NCBI GenBank assembly: GCA_951406725.2
Contig: OX597826.1
Location: forward strand, 11,532,001-11,596,000
Direction of reading: 5' to 3'
Length of the DNA: 64,000 bases
DNA from: Octopus vulgaris
Lineage: Eukaryota
A program made the translations under genes and the position numbers. Shown here piece after piece: positions 1 through 14,127 of the stretch; position 1 is the first letter of the stretch, and every line of letters starts with the position of its first letter. Below the pieces are notes generated by a model. That model was not told the origin of the DNA, did not search any database, and saw only the letters and a list, made by a program, of their open reading frames with translations.

Positions 1-163
1 GTAATCTTCGAAGCATAATTTGTGACATTATATCTGAGAATGCGTTCACCAACATTTACTTAAAATGGTTGAATAAAATTGGAGAATATTTGCTGGACGT
101 TTCTTGTAGATGGAGCGAACACATTGAGATACGATATATATATATATATATGTTTATATGTAC

Positions 164-234
<71 letters not shown>

Positions 235-425
235 TGTGTGTGTGCATGTATTAATAGTAAGAGTAACTGAAGGTCTGAGAGTTTCCTGCGCTGGCATTTA
301 TCAAAATTTGATAATAGCCAACGCACGAAACTCTCGGTTTCTTCTGCTAAATATTAATAAAAAATATATATATATTTATATTTTGAGTGCTATCTCTCCC
401 GTTTACATTAACATACCTATATATA

Positions 426-517
<92 letters not shown>

Positions 518-543
518 CACACACATATATATATATATACATA

Positions 544-637
<94 letters not shown>

Positions 638-710
638 GGTAGGTATTGATAGAAAAGGTAAGGCAACAAGAGAATGAAAAAGACCTCGATATTATGTAAA
701 AAGAGGAATT

Positions 711-877
711 TATCTGTAAATATAATATGTGACAATTATCGGTAGCCATGATAAAACTCCGAGTTTCGATGGCCCAATAACTGAAGGCATTGCTGCATGG
801 GTTTCCGCCCCCGACATCCGAAACTCGGAGTTTTATCATGGTTACCGAATAATTGTCACATATTATATTTACAGATA
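711..877. repeat. Inverted repeat, ~60-bp arms and ~45-bp spacer
   Basis: tatctgtaaatataatatgtgacaatta..ccatgataaaactccgagtttcg and its reverse complement at 815-877. Confidence 0.9.
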
Positions 878-882
878 CATAC

Positions 883-913
<31 letters not shown>

Positions 914-1409
914 TGTATGTATGTAGGTATGTATGTATGTTATGTATGTATGTATGTATGTATGTGTGAATGCGGAAATGAGCTAAGGGACATAACTCAG
1001 AATGACCAGTCGTGTATTTGACCAACAACAACGAATATGAGCGCATTAAATGACAGACAAGATAAAGTTTGGATTTAAAACAAAAAATTTATCTTCGCTT
1101 CCAGAGAGTTCACACGAAATGCCTGATGGCTGTAATTGAAAGAGTAAAGAATTGTTCCGAAATTGACATTGCATAAATGGATTGTTTGGTTTCCTGAAGT
1201 CAAGAGGGCAATCCGGTGTCTAATGTGTGTGTGTGTGAGAGAGAGAGAGAGGGGGGGAGGGAGAGGGAAAGAGAAAGTTGGAGACAGGAAGACAGAGGTA
1301 GAATGACAGACAGACGGAGAGACACAGAGAAATATAAAGAGAAACACAGAAGGAGAGATAGAGTGATAGAGATAGAAAGATAGATAGATAGATAGATAGA
1401 TACAGAGAA

Positions 1410-1442
<33 letters not shown>

Positions 1443-1569
1443 CAGTACTAGTGTGTGTGTGTGTGTGTGTGTACGTACGCGCAAGTATATTTGTGTATGT
1501 TTAGCTAAATAATCCAGACAAGTGTGTATATTCTCATGGATACACTGATTATAGATCACTGTCAAATGG

Positions 1570-2035
1570 TACATACATACATACATTCATACATGCATGC
1601 ATACATACATACATACATACATACATACATACATACATACATACATACATACATGCATGCATACATACATACATACATGCATGCATACATACATACATAC
1701 ATACATACATACATGCATGCATGCATGCATACATACATACATACATTCATACATACATGCATACATACATACATACATACATGCATGCATACATACATAC
1801 ATACATACATACATACATACATACATGCATGCATGCATGCATACATACATACATACATACATACATACATACATACATGCATGCATGCATGCATGCATGC
1901 ATACATACATACATACATACATTCATACATACATGCATGCATGCATACATACATACATACATACATACATACATACATACATACATGCATACATACATAC
2001 ATACATACATACATACATACATACATACATACATG
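1570..2035. repeat. (CATA)n/(CATG)n microsatellite
   Basis: Direct inspection. Confidence 0.98.
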
Positions 2036-2076
2036 TATGTATATGAGTGTGTATTTGTGTGCATCTGAATATATTC

Positions 2077-2650
2077 TATTCTAGGCACAAGGCCCGAAAT
2101 TTTGGGGGAGGGGGCAAGTCGATTAAATCGACTCCAGTGTGCAACTGGTACTTAATTTATCAAACCCGAAAGGATGAAAGGCAAAGTCGACCTCGGCGGA
2201 ATTTGAACTCAGAACGTAACGACAGACGAAATACCTATTTCTTTACTACCCACAAGGGGCTAAACACAGAGAGGACAAACAAGGACAGGCAGACGGATTA
2301 AGTCGATTACATTGACCCCCAGTGCGCAACTGGTACTGAATTTATCGACTCCTAAAGGATGAAAGGCAAAATCGACCTCGGCGGAATTTGAACTCAGAAC
2401 GTAACGACAGACGAAATACCTATTTCTTTACTACCCACAATGGGCTAAACACAGAGGACAAACAAGGACAGGCAGACGGATTAAGTCGATTACATCGACT
2501 CCAGTGCGCAACTGGTACTTAATTTATCGACCCCGAAAGGATGAAAGGCAAAGTCGACCTCGGCGGAATTTGAACTCAGAACGTAACGGCAGACGAAATA
2601 CCGCTAAGCATTTCGCCCGGTGTGCTAACGTTCTTCCCATCTCGCCGCCC
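2077..2650 (-). mobile_element. Meta-domain SINE, tandem trimer
   Basis: Three ~180-bp units containing ggtcgactttgcctttcatcctttcggggtcgataaattaagtaccag (Meta-domain-like) with one tRNA-like head. Confidence 0.85.
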
Positions 2651-2791
2651 TCACATATAGTTATATGCGTGCGTATATGTACGCGCTTATACTCGCAATT
2701 TCCATTTGATCTACAACAATGACCACTGCGTCCCTCAAACATGTGAAGTTCTCTGCATCTTATTACAAGCCAAGCCCTCCCGTCACACCTT

Positions 2792-2888
<97 letters not shown>

Positions 2889-3080
2889 GAATCTGAATTA
2901 TCTTGTCTAACATTTCGCAAATAAAATCTTCTTGGTGATGTGAAATTTTGGACTTGCAATTTCGGGTAGAATTGAGCAACAGATGTTATAACTGAATATC
3001 ACTTTGGTGTGGGGATATATATATATATATATACACACACCATTAATGCCACTTTTGATATTGCGATTACGTAATATGAA

Positions 3081-3420
<340 letters not shown>

Positions 3421-3424
3421 AAGC

Positions 3425-3675
3425 TGATTAATGCAGGAAAGAAGAAAAGTAAGAAATAACCTGATCTAACGACAGAGCTGAAGAGAATGGAAGATTAAAT
3501 CTACAATAATTCCTGTGGTGTTTGGTTCTCATGGCAGAACAGCTCGAGAACGCTATCTCAAAGACTGAAAGATTGGAATTGAAACTTGCATTGTTGGCAG
3601 CAGGAAAATGCCATCCTGTATTCTGCAAGGATTCCATGAAAGATTCGCGATATCTGAGGAGACATGTTGTCACTA
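3425..3675 (+). mobile_element. 3' fragment of an R4/Dong-like non-LTR retrotransposon (restriction-like endonuclease C-terminus)
   Basis: Degenerate translation KK*PDLTTELKRM/KIKSTIIPVVFGSHG...QENAILYSARI resembles the KYxDLxxEL..W..IPVVIGALG...LQKxAILGSARI tail. Embedded in TAA/GAA/GAT repeats. Confidence 0.7.
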
Positions 3676-4237
3676 AATGATAACGATGATGATGATGATG
3701 ATGATGATGATAATGATGATGATGATGATGATGATGATGTGATGATGACAATCTATATAGGTATGTGTGTGCGGGTGCATATTCAAACGCACACACTCAC
3801 ACACACACACATATATATTCATACATGCATACATACGCTTGCAAACATAGCCTTACCCCTCCCCCCTCCCCTACTGACACCATTGGAGCAGACTTTAGTA
3901 GTTATTTTGTTAGCTAATTGTGGTTTGTAAGAGTTCTGTTCAATATCGTCGGCAGAGATATATACACGTACATGCATACCATCCACCCATCCACCCATCC
4001 ATCCATCTGAGTATATGTTTGTGTGCGCGCGAGTCGGTGTGTGTGTGTGTGTGTATGTGAGTATGAGTGTGTGTGTGTGTGTATGTGTGTATGTGTGTAT
4101 GTGTGTGTATGTGTGTACGTATATATAGCATACGTGAACACATATTTACTCACACATTCATTCACAAAATGCGATACTGTCCGCTCATTCCGCATATGGA
4201 AAATTTGGCTGATAAATACTAAAAATGCACACATTGC

Positions 4238-4322
<85 letters not shown>

Positions 4323-4370
4323 TACATATATTTATATACATGCTTGCACATTTATATACATACATACATG

Positions 4371-4429
<59 letters not shown>

Positions 4430-4644
4430 ATATATATATACATATATATATACATATATACATGCATGTATATAATACGTATATATGCATACGTATATTT
4501 ACATATGCTTACATATATGTGCATGCATACACACGTATATTACATGTAAGGTATACATACATGCATATATATATGTATATGTATATGTATATGTATATAT
4601 ATATATATATACATACATATATATACACACATATATATAAATAA

Positions 4645-4723
<79 letters not shown>

Positions 4724-5532
4724 GTGAATAGGCACATACATGCGCAGACGGACACATGTACACGTACGTACATAGACTCTACACATTGAAATGTAGTCTA
4801 CGAATCTCACCCATCTCCTATCCTAAACAGCAACCACGCAACGTATACGATGCTTTTAAAGCCCATCATCCACCGCTACTTGACCTGTTGGGAGGTCGTT
4901 CCCACCTCTGTTTTCACCCTATAACTGTTTCTTTTTCCTCTATCCACCTGGATTCCCTGCCCCCCAGTCTCTGCTCATACAGCTGCCATGTCAAACAGAT
5001 TGCTTTCCCATGTACAGCCTTCGTTTTTCTTTTTTTTACTTCGCTTCTTCTTCAACCTACAGCAGCAGTCAGGTGGGGGCTCAGCACCCACCGTCCATTC
5101 TTTCTCTCACTTACTTCTACTCTGTCTCTTCTTCCTCCCCTTACTCTTCATTTTCTTCTTAAACACCCTTTCTTGTGTATAATTGTTTTCTTATATAGGC
5201 ATGAAGCACTTGGATTTTTCTTAGGGGAAGAGGATTGATCAGAGAAGTTAGTTTCTCTTTTTTTCCTTTCCTTCCTTCCTTCCTTCCTTCTTTCCTTCTT
5301 TCTTTCCTTTTTGCCTTTCTTCCTTTGTTTGTTTGTTTCTTTCCTTTTTATGCTTTTTTCTTTTTACATTTGTATTTATATCATAAAAGCAGTATTAACA
5401 ATATGTTTTCAAGGTTTGTAAAAGAGAATTGAAATGGCGCATACTATTAACGGAGAAATGTATCAACTCTTACACTCGTAGTTTGGCGAGAAATATATTT
5501 GATAAATATTTTGTAAACATATATTATCATCA

Positions 5533-5604
<72 letters not shown>

Positions 5605-6015
5605 CTGGCAGAATCGTTAGCGCGGCGGACAAAACGCCTAGTGACATTTCTTCCGTTTTGCTTTTCATTTTGTGCTTAAATTCCACCGAGGTTGACTATG
5701 CCTTTCATCCTTTCGGTGGGGTCGATGAAATGAATATAATTTGAGCACTGGGGTCGATGTAATTGACTTCCCCCCTCTTACACAAATTGTAAGCCTTGTC
5801 GTTATTGTAGAAGGGATTATTATTGGAGGCAGACTCGTTAGCGCGTCAAACAAAATGCTTAGTGACACTCTCACGACTCTTTATATTCTGTGTTCAAATT
5901 CCACAGAGGTCCTTTCAACCTTTTCGGAGTCGATAAAATAAGTTGCAGTCGAGCACTGGAGTCAATGAAGTCCCCTTCCTCAAAATTTTAAGATTGTGCT
6001 TATAGTAGAAATAGT
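5605..6015 (+). mobile_element. Two older Meta-domain SINE copies in tandem
   Basis: Diverged ggcagaatcgttagc...ttcaaattcc...gcctttcatcctttc motifs occur twice. Confidence 0.75.
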
Positions 6016-7059
6016 AATTATTCAGTTTAAGTTGTCTAAATGAGACAAGCAGGGGGTGAGTTAAAAGGATATTTCTTTCGGCTCCATACAAGTCGAAATT
6101 TGCAGATAGGTGTATAAATTAAGGGGTCAATAAGAATAGTCATGAAAAATCAGAAGGTCTGGAACGGTCTGTGTCGGTATGAATCGTATTGGAAAGGATT
6201 AACCAGAGACGTGTTTCTGCGTTTAGAAGGGGGTGGATACCAATCGCTTTCTTTAAATCTGAAACTGCTCCTTGAGGAAGTCTCTGAAGACTTCTGTGAG
6301 TGAAACGGTCTTAGAATCTAGGATAAAACAGACTTTAGAATAACACATATCTATGAACTATAAAATGAAATATTTATTATTTTTCTTGGTACAAATCCCA
6401 CATCCCCAAGCGCTTTTTTCAGTTCACTTCTAATCGTGAAAAGATTCCGGACCCATTGATTTCAAGACTAAAGTTTTGAACATACTCGTTCGTTTTAATC
6501 TAAAACAAACATTATTCGTAACATCTATGTGTATAACCAGTCTTTGTCACAGCACGTGCTTTTATCATTTGTCATTTACTTATTTCAGTCATTGGGCTGC
6601 GGTCATGTTGAGGCATTGTCTTGAAGGGGTTTCAGTAGAAAGATCGACCCCTGTAGTAATTTCTAAAACCTGGTACTTATTCTAACGGCGAGATAACGGA
6701 ATTGTAAACCAGCCAGTAACGGATATTAAGTAGTGGGATGGGGACAAATATAAATACAAAGACACACCCATACATTGACACTGAGACCGAACCCTACATG
6801 TGTAGGTGTGTATGTATGTATGTAAAAGGTTTCACACAGTTTCCAACTACTGAATCCATTTACAAGGTATTTGTCAGCCCAGGTTTATAATAAAGTCACT
6901 TGCTCAAGCTGCCGCACTCTGAGATCGAACCCGAAAGCGCGTGGTTGCAAAGCGAACACAGACTTTTCTTCGTGTAACCCAGTAGACCAGCAAGCAAATT
7001 AACAATCTGATTTACTGAATAATAACATATATTCGGAGATTTAAAATAAAACAATGTGT

Positions 7060-7470
7060 GGGCGTGTGGTAAGAAGCTTGCTTCCCAATCACATGGTTCC
7101 GGGTTCAGTTTCAGTGCGTGTCTTCTACTTTAGCCTCAGGCCGACCCAAACCTTGTGGGTAGATATGGAAGATGGATACTGAAAGAAACCTGTCGTGTAT
7201 ATATATATATGTGTGAGTGTGTGAATGTATAAATATATGTGTGTGTGTCATTGTGTGTATGTGTTCGTCCCACCACCATCACTTGACAATCGGTGTCGGT
7301 GTGTTTACGTCCCTGTAAGCTAGTGGTTAGGAAAAAGAGACCGTTAGAATAAGTTCTGGGCTTAAAAACAAATCCTGGGGGTAAAATTGTTCGATAAAAT
7401 CGTTCCAATGCGTTGCTCCAGCAAGGCCACATTCATATAACTGAAACAAGTAAAAGAATAAAAAAGAATA
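7060..7470 (+). mobile_element. CORE-type SINE (an older inverted copy lies at ~6560-6960)
   Basis: Matches the family at 15511. Confidence 0.8.
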
Positions 7471-8029
7471 TCTTTAAATGGTTGTTTTCTTATGTTTTCC
7501 TTAAAAAAAATTATTTAGCAAAATAGGCGAAGTATCTAACACACTGATTTTAAGTCAAATCTCTACTCGGCTCATTGGAATCTAACCCTTAATAAGCCGA
7601 AGGTGGCTATATTGAATAAACTGTTATCTACCAGCCATAATCTAGCAGATAATCTTTGATATTTTTTGAAAATATACTTTTTTTAAATGAGATATTGTGT
7701 TTTTCTCTTTTCCTTTTTATGCAAACACAAATTTAGCTCGAACACCCTGCATGAAAAGCGATGAGGGCTAATACAAATGTCTCTTCGTAACAAATAACAT
7801 TGATTTTTCCTGTGGAAAAAAATGTAATCGATTTAACGGAATCCATAACACTGAAGGTGTTTATTGAACCAAAACCCAAATAAATAAAAAGTGAAAAATG
7901 AAACCCCAGTAGGATTTGAACCCGGCACGTAAAACTGCAAGATGAAATGGCTACTAGCTCTTCTTCATCGTTTGTGTATTCTGATATTAGCTTACATTGC
8001 ACCGTGCATTCTGTATGATAATTTAATAT

Positions 8030-8250
8030 CGGTTTCAAGTATTGGTATAAGGCCAGAAATTTCGGGGTAGGAGCTAATTCCGTTAACTTACAGCAACCCC
8101 CAGGGCTCAACTAGTACTTAGTTTATCGATCTCGAAGGATGAAAGGAAAGTTGACCACGGTGTAATTTGAACACAGTACGTAAAGAAAGACGAAATGTCG
8201 CAAAGACATTTTGTCCAGCGTGCTAACGATTCTGCCAGCTCACCGCCTTA
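8030..8250 (-). mobile_element. Meta-domain SINE
   Basis: Reverse complement of the family consensus. Confidence 0.75.
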
Positions 8251-8701
8251 TGTCAATTTAATATTGTAAATGGATTTGTGTCAGAATTTATTGGTCGAAT
8301 ATACAGGTTTACACATGTACACATATCCACTCACTCTCAGCCAACATTTGTATTTGCAACAAGTCTATATTTACATATAAAATGCATCCCGTATTACATG
8401 TACTATTCGTTTCACTCACTGGATTGTGGCCATGCTGGGATACTGCCTTGAAAAGTTTAGTCAAGCAAATAGACCACAGAACTCATATTTTAAATCTGAT
8501 ACTTATTCTTTCTTCCACTTTTGTTGAACCGCTAAGTTACGGAGAACGTTGACAAACCAACACTGGTTGTTGAGCGGTAGTTGGGTAGAAACACAAGCAC
8601 AGACACACGTACACACACACACATACATACATACATACATACATACATACATACATACATACATACATACATACATACATACATACATACATACATACAT
8701 G

Positions 8702-9025
8702 ATGGCTGCCCCCTCGTTATCGAGTATGGCCATTGCACGAAGCTTAACTGTTACTGGTGCTGTGATCGAATGTGACTTTTTAGCCCAGCCAAAGATCTAC
8801 AATGTCTTGTACAGAATTGGCAACTAAAGCCTTTACCAGTAATGACCGGCTGTAGTTGTAACTGGGCTTCATGTACCTTTGCATGTCGTTTAAGTCCTCC
8901 TGCCGAATTACACTCTCTTCCACATGCCCGACAGATATGATTAGTATGGTGTGTTACACCGCCACCAGTGGCCAGGTTGTCACTCATCTGTCTCGCTTTA
9001 TGACTACGAAGATGACTCTTGAGTC
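8702..9025 (-). mobile_element. 5'-truncated RTE-like LINE 3' end with two C2H2 zinc fingers
   Basis: CRACGRECNSAGGLKRHAKVH and CQFCTRHCRSLAGLKSHIRSQH, then a stop, a short 3'UTR (ggccatactcgataacgagggggcagccatc) and an (ATGT)n tail. Confidence 0.7.
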
Positions 9026-9564
9026 ATACCTACATACATACATACATACATACACACACACATACTAATACATACATACACACATACATACATACATACA
9101 TACATACATACATACATACATACACACACATACACATATACACACAGCAATTATAATCTTATGAATTAAACAACCTTAACTATGGAACGAAACTAAAGAC
9201 AATTTTGAAATCTTTAACACAAAGAAACAAGTAATAACGCCATGAATTAAGTGACTTTATGTATGGAACGAAGTCAAAGACGGGATTAAAATCTTTTTTA
9301 TATTACAGAACAAATTGGAGTGTTTTGGGTAACTTAACTATGAAACAAATTTAAGGATGTAACCGAAATTATATGATAAAACAATGTAATTTTATACATC
9401 GAAAACTAGTTGTAATTAAATGATTACTTAATTTACTTTTTATTTTATGGTTCTTTAAGATTCACATTTACCTGTTTGAAATTCCAAACAAATGAAGAAT
9501 TGAATTGATAATCATGCCGGCCAATAATAGTTGTGTTAGTATTTAATAGTAAAACGATTGTAAT

Positions 9565-9954
9565 GGAGTGGAAGCACTCCGTCGGTTACAACGATGAGGG
9601 TTCGGGTTAATCCGAATCAACGGAACAGCCTGCTCGTGAAATTAACGTGTAAGTGGCTGAGCACTCCACAGACACGTGCACCCTTAACGTAGTTCTCGGG
9701 GATATTCAGCGTGACACAGAGAGTGACAAGGCCGGCCCTTTGAAATACAGGTACAACAGAAACAGGAAGTAAGAGTGAGAGAAAGTTGTGGTGAAAGAGT
9801 ACAGCAGGGATCACCACCATCCCCTGTCGGAGCCTCGTGGAGCTTTTAGGTGTTTTCGCTCAATAAACACTCACAACGCCCGGTCTGGGAATCGAAACCG
9901 CGATCCTATGACCGCGAGTCCGCTGCCCTAACCACTGGGCCATTGCACCTCCAC
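9565..9954 (-). mobile_element. tRNA-derived SINE (OK-like), full length
   Basis: Head tggcccagtggttagggcagcggactcgcggtc...ggtttcgattcc (A/B boxes); 14-bp TSD aaaacgattgtaat; near-identical to 58511-58898. Confidence 0.9.
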
Positions 9955-11329
9955 AAAACGATTGTAATAGTGTAATATGTATTCAGATAAATGAATATGA
10001 GGTTGTTGTGATTAAGTTCAAAGGTCACATAGCTTGCAAGTGAATTAAAAGTGAAAAAAACTGTATCATCTGTGCTTCATGGATACGTCATTACGGGTCT
10101 AAGTGAATTGAGGTGAATTTGACTTCAGCCTGGAATCGAACATGTGTCACAGACGTAACCAATAGCATATTTTTGCCATAATCTGAAATAAAACAAATTT
10201 CTGCCTGTAAGTGTAGGCCCAGCTTGCTGAAAATAACCGACATTAGGTCATCGGTTGTCAAATAATACCTTAAGGTTTTCAAATAAATCATAAAAAATTT
10301 GGTTATTTTATCTGAGGTATGAAGTGTATAAGACATAGTGGTTTGAACGCTATTGATCATAGGACTTCTCGATCAGAGCTGACCTAGGGTTAAATAACAC
10401 ACAATAATTACTTTCTTGTATAAGAGTACAAGGAATTCATGAAAGAATTCAGAGTATTCCACCGCAAGCACGTAAATTTTGGGGAGGAATATTTCATGTT
10501 CCTTTGTATGAAATTCATTTTGTGACCTTAGCAACATATCTGATGGAATTAACGAAATAATGAACTTGAAAAATCGTTTTTACTTGAAAATAATGAAATC
10601 AATATGGCCGTTACTTGATGATTCTGCATTCTGCCTTGTTGTGTAATATTTCTGTAAACTGATGTCAAGAATTATGTGTTCATGCTTTTGGTGTAATCTC
10701 CTCTTTGAAAGAAACAAATAAATTTCTAGACTTATTTTTAATAAATATAGTACAAACATTGAATTTATTTTTGTTGTTTTTGTTTTTGCTGTTTAACGCC
10801 AGGATGACTCAAAGCGAACAATTCTATGATGATGGAAGCCGTTGAACTGATATGCGGTCACTTTAATGCTAGAAATACTAGCCAAATCTTCCTATGATTC
10901 GAGGCTTTATCATACATTGGATTATGCGGTCCTTGATTTTCTTCATACAGAGTGTGGTCATGAGTGGAATGCTTTTGATCATTGGTTCTTACTCGTTAAA
11001 CAATGGCAAAAAACAAAGCCATTCTAAGCATCGCCATTTTGTCCTCCTCGGCTGCTTCGAGATAGACTTTCCGTGTCTGGGATTTCATTATCCAGCACAT
11101 CTCGTTTCAAACTGGTAGGATATAACTTAAAAAACAATTTAGCTGCTATTTCAAGCAGATTGAGCAACTACATATAGGCTCCTTGTTGGCTGGAATTTCA
11201 GGCGTTGTCGATGTTCTTAGTGTTGTTATTATTGTTTCTTCTTCTTCTTCTTCTTCTTCTTCTTCTTCTTCTTCTTCTTCTTCTTCTTCTTCTTCTTCTT
11301 CTTCTTCTTCTTCTCCTTCTTCTTCCAAT

Positions 11330-11798
11330 CAGGACTCACGCCATTAGCCACAAAGAATAATCTCTAACTCGAGCCTACTCTAAGCTACTAAGAATGCGTG
11401 TGGCAACTTGAAGATCCACCCACCACACGCGATAGACTGGCTGTTGCATGGGTGCGAAAGCTACGTTGTTATCCTCATTCCGGGGCTTTTAATGGGTAGA
11501 GAGCTGAACCATCCTGGGGTACAGAGGATTCGCAATCTAGACTAGGGTCTGAAAGTTTTACCACGCCATAGTGGGTTACACCATAGTTCCTCTGAATTGT
11601 GGCAGAAGTAGGAAGAAATAGTGAGAGAAAGTTGTGGTGAAAGAGTACAGCGGGGTTCACCACCCCTCCCCGTTGGAGCCTCGTGGATCTTAGGTGTTTT
11701 TGCTCAATAAACACTCAGAATGCCCGGTCTGGGAATCGAAACCGCGTTCTTACGACCACGAGTTCGCTGCCTTAACCACTGAGCCATTGCGCCTACAC
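11330..11798 (-). mobile_element. OK-like SINE head with an alternative 3' tail ending in (GAA)n
   Basis: 11605-11798 matches the OK-like head and body; 11330-11600 is unrelated to the tail of the 9565 copy. Confidence 0.7.
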
Positions 11799-11872
11799 TG
11801 GTGTTGCTGCTGCTCTTGTTGTTGTTTGCAAATACTATACATCATCTGAGTTAGTATTTTATTTTGTTGTGA

Positions 11873-12355
11873 AGGCGTTAGATTGACAGAATCATTGAAA
11901 TATGGGACTTTAAAATGTCTTGTGGTGCTTGTTTCAATTGTTTGTGTTCCGATTTCAAATCACGCAGTGGTCAACGTTATCTTTCGTCTTTATAGGATCG
12001 ATAAAATGAAGAATCAATCAATGAAGTATTGGAGTCGATATCATTGACTAAAGCCTCCTAAAGCGGCGAGCTGGCAGAATCGTTAGCACGCCGGGCGAAA
12101 TGCGTAGCCGTATTTCGTCTGCCGCTACGTTCTAAGTTCAAATTCCGCCGAGGTCGACTTTGCCTTTCATCCTTTCGGGGTTGATTAAATAAATACCAGT
12201 TTCGCACTTGGGTCGATGTAATCGACTTAATCCGTTTGTCTGTCCTTGTTTGTCCCCTCTATGTTTAGCCCCTTGTGGGTAGTAAAGAAACAGATATCAT
12301 TGACTAAACCCTCCTCTCAGATTTGTGACCTTGTACCCGTGTTAGGAACGATTAT
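11873..12355 (+). mobile_element. Young Meta-domain SINE (12061-12292) nested in an older copy
   Basis: TSD gatatcattgactaaa at 12037-12052 and 12293-12308. Confidence 0.85.
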
Positions 12356-13202
12356 TTAGTTATTTGTAGTTGTTTTCACTCAATTCAATTCTGATACGGA
12401 AGAGCATCCCCTCGTCTGAGGAAAAAAAGAATGAAGCATCGAAGAATGACCTTCCATGGTTTCGATAATTAAAGTATCAATAAAAAAGAAGTGACCACAT
12501 TCCCTCCTTCATAAACGTGTGTTAACGCGACATCATTAGAAATTGCCATTTAGTTTCAATTCAATACATTGCGAGTTCAAATTTCAACAGATAGGGCATC
12601 GCTTTTTATTGCCTCCACAGTCGATGAAATAACTACAAGACACGATTTCTTGTAGGAATTTTTTTTGGTAAAGTTCCTATTTATTAATTTACGGAAACGA
12701 GAATTTTTAAGACGTTCTTTCTCTTAATTAATTTTCAAATATTATTTCTCACTTCCTCTCTCTTTCACATTCTCTCTCCCAGTCACTATCTCCGCACCCG
12801 TCTCTCTCTCTCTCTCTCTCTCTTACTCTCTTTCTTTTTCTCAATCTCTCTCATTCTTTCTATTTTATTATAAATAAATAATAAATAAATAAATGATAAA
12901 GCTGTTTTATTGTTTTTCCTCTTCTTTTAATCTCATTTTCTACTCATTCCATTCGTTTCCCCCCCTCCACTGCCTGCCTCTAATTTTCTCTCTAGCCTCC
13001 ATCTTTTTATTTCCCTCTCTCCTCTCTCTCTCATACTCTATCGCTCTTTCTCTCCCTTGCTTTTTCTCTTTCTCACGCTCTTTCTCTCTCACTCTCTCTC
13101 TCTTTCACTACACTCTCTCTTTATTTCTCTATTTTCTTCACTCCCTCTCTCATATTTCACACACTTTCACTTTAATAACATTCTCTGTCTTTTAATTCCA
13201 TC

Positions 13203-13318
<116 letters not shown>

Positions 13319-13710
13319 ACTCACATCCACACTCCCGCTCTCTTTTCTCCCATCTTCATAACTCTCTTTCTCTCTCGACGCACCTCTCTTTCTTCCTCTC
13401 CTCCTCTCACCGATTCCGTGTTGTCGCCGAGAAACTTTCATATACGCATCTATAAAAACTATTTAATTATTTATTTTATTTACACATCTCATAAATATTC
13501 ATTTGAAATAATCGCTCGAGAAAGAATTTGCGTATATCGATCGAATTCAAGTTGTGAGGACAGTATTTTAAAATTTGACATAATTATTTTTAACATTTCA
13601 AACAAGGCGATACGTTTGCAAGTAAGAGATAAAGGCGACTCAGCTAACCTAATTACAAGAGGTTCTTCTACGTGGTCACTCGCATGGCTAGAAATAGCAG
13701 CAAAAGCAGA

Positions 13711-14127
13711 AGGCGGCGAGTTGGCAGAAACGTTAGCGTGCCGGGCGAAATGCTTTGCGGTATTTCGTCTGCCGTTACGTTCTGAGTTCAAATTCCGCCG
13801 AGGTCGACTTTGCCTTTCATTCTTTCAGGGTCGATAAATTAAGTACCAGTTACGCACTGGGATCGATATAACCGACTTAATCTGCTTGTCTGTCCTTGTT
13901 TGTCCCCTCTATGTTTAGCCCCTTGTGGGTAGTAAAGAAATAGGTATTTCATCTGCCGCTACGTTCTGTGTTCAACTTCCGCCGAGGTTGACTTTGCCTT
14001 TCATCATTTCGGGGTCGATTAAATAAGTACCAGTTACGCACTGGGGTCGATGTAATCGACTTAATCCGTTTGTCTTTCCTTGTTTGTCTCTTCTATGTTT
14101 AGCCCCTTGTGGGCAATAAAGAAATAA
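13711..14127 (+). mobile_element. Meta-domain SINE, tandem dimer with TSD
   Basis: Two body units; TSD agaaatagcagcaaaa. Confidence 0.85.

Noticed and set aside
56-2088. Many long ORFs such as [12 protein letters not shown] and MYVC (also near 24000, 41000, 49000 and 61100)
   Set aside because: Translations of stop-free microsatellites; not genes.
2160-2600. Regularly spaced repeats resembling a CRISPR array
   Set aside because: The spacers are not unique, the units are SINE bodies, the context is eukaryotic and there are no cas genes.
2047-2742. Recurrent peptide RKDERQSRPRRNLNSER in many ORFs
   Set aside because: Antisense translation of the Meta-domain SINE.
8751-8987. Host C2H2 zinc-finger gene
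   Set aside because: No TGEKP linker or splice acceptor, and it ends in a retroposon-type tail; better explained as a LINE 3' end.
9880-9954. tRNA-like sequences with A/B boxes
   Set aside because: These are SINE heads continuing into body and tail with TSDs, not tRNA genes.
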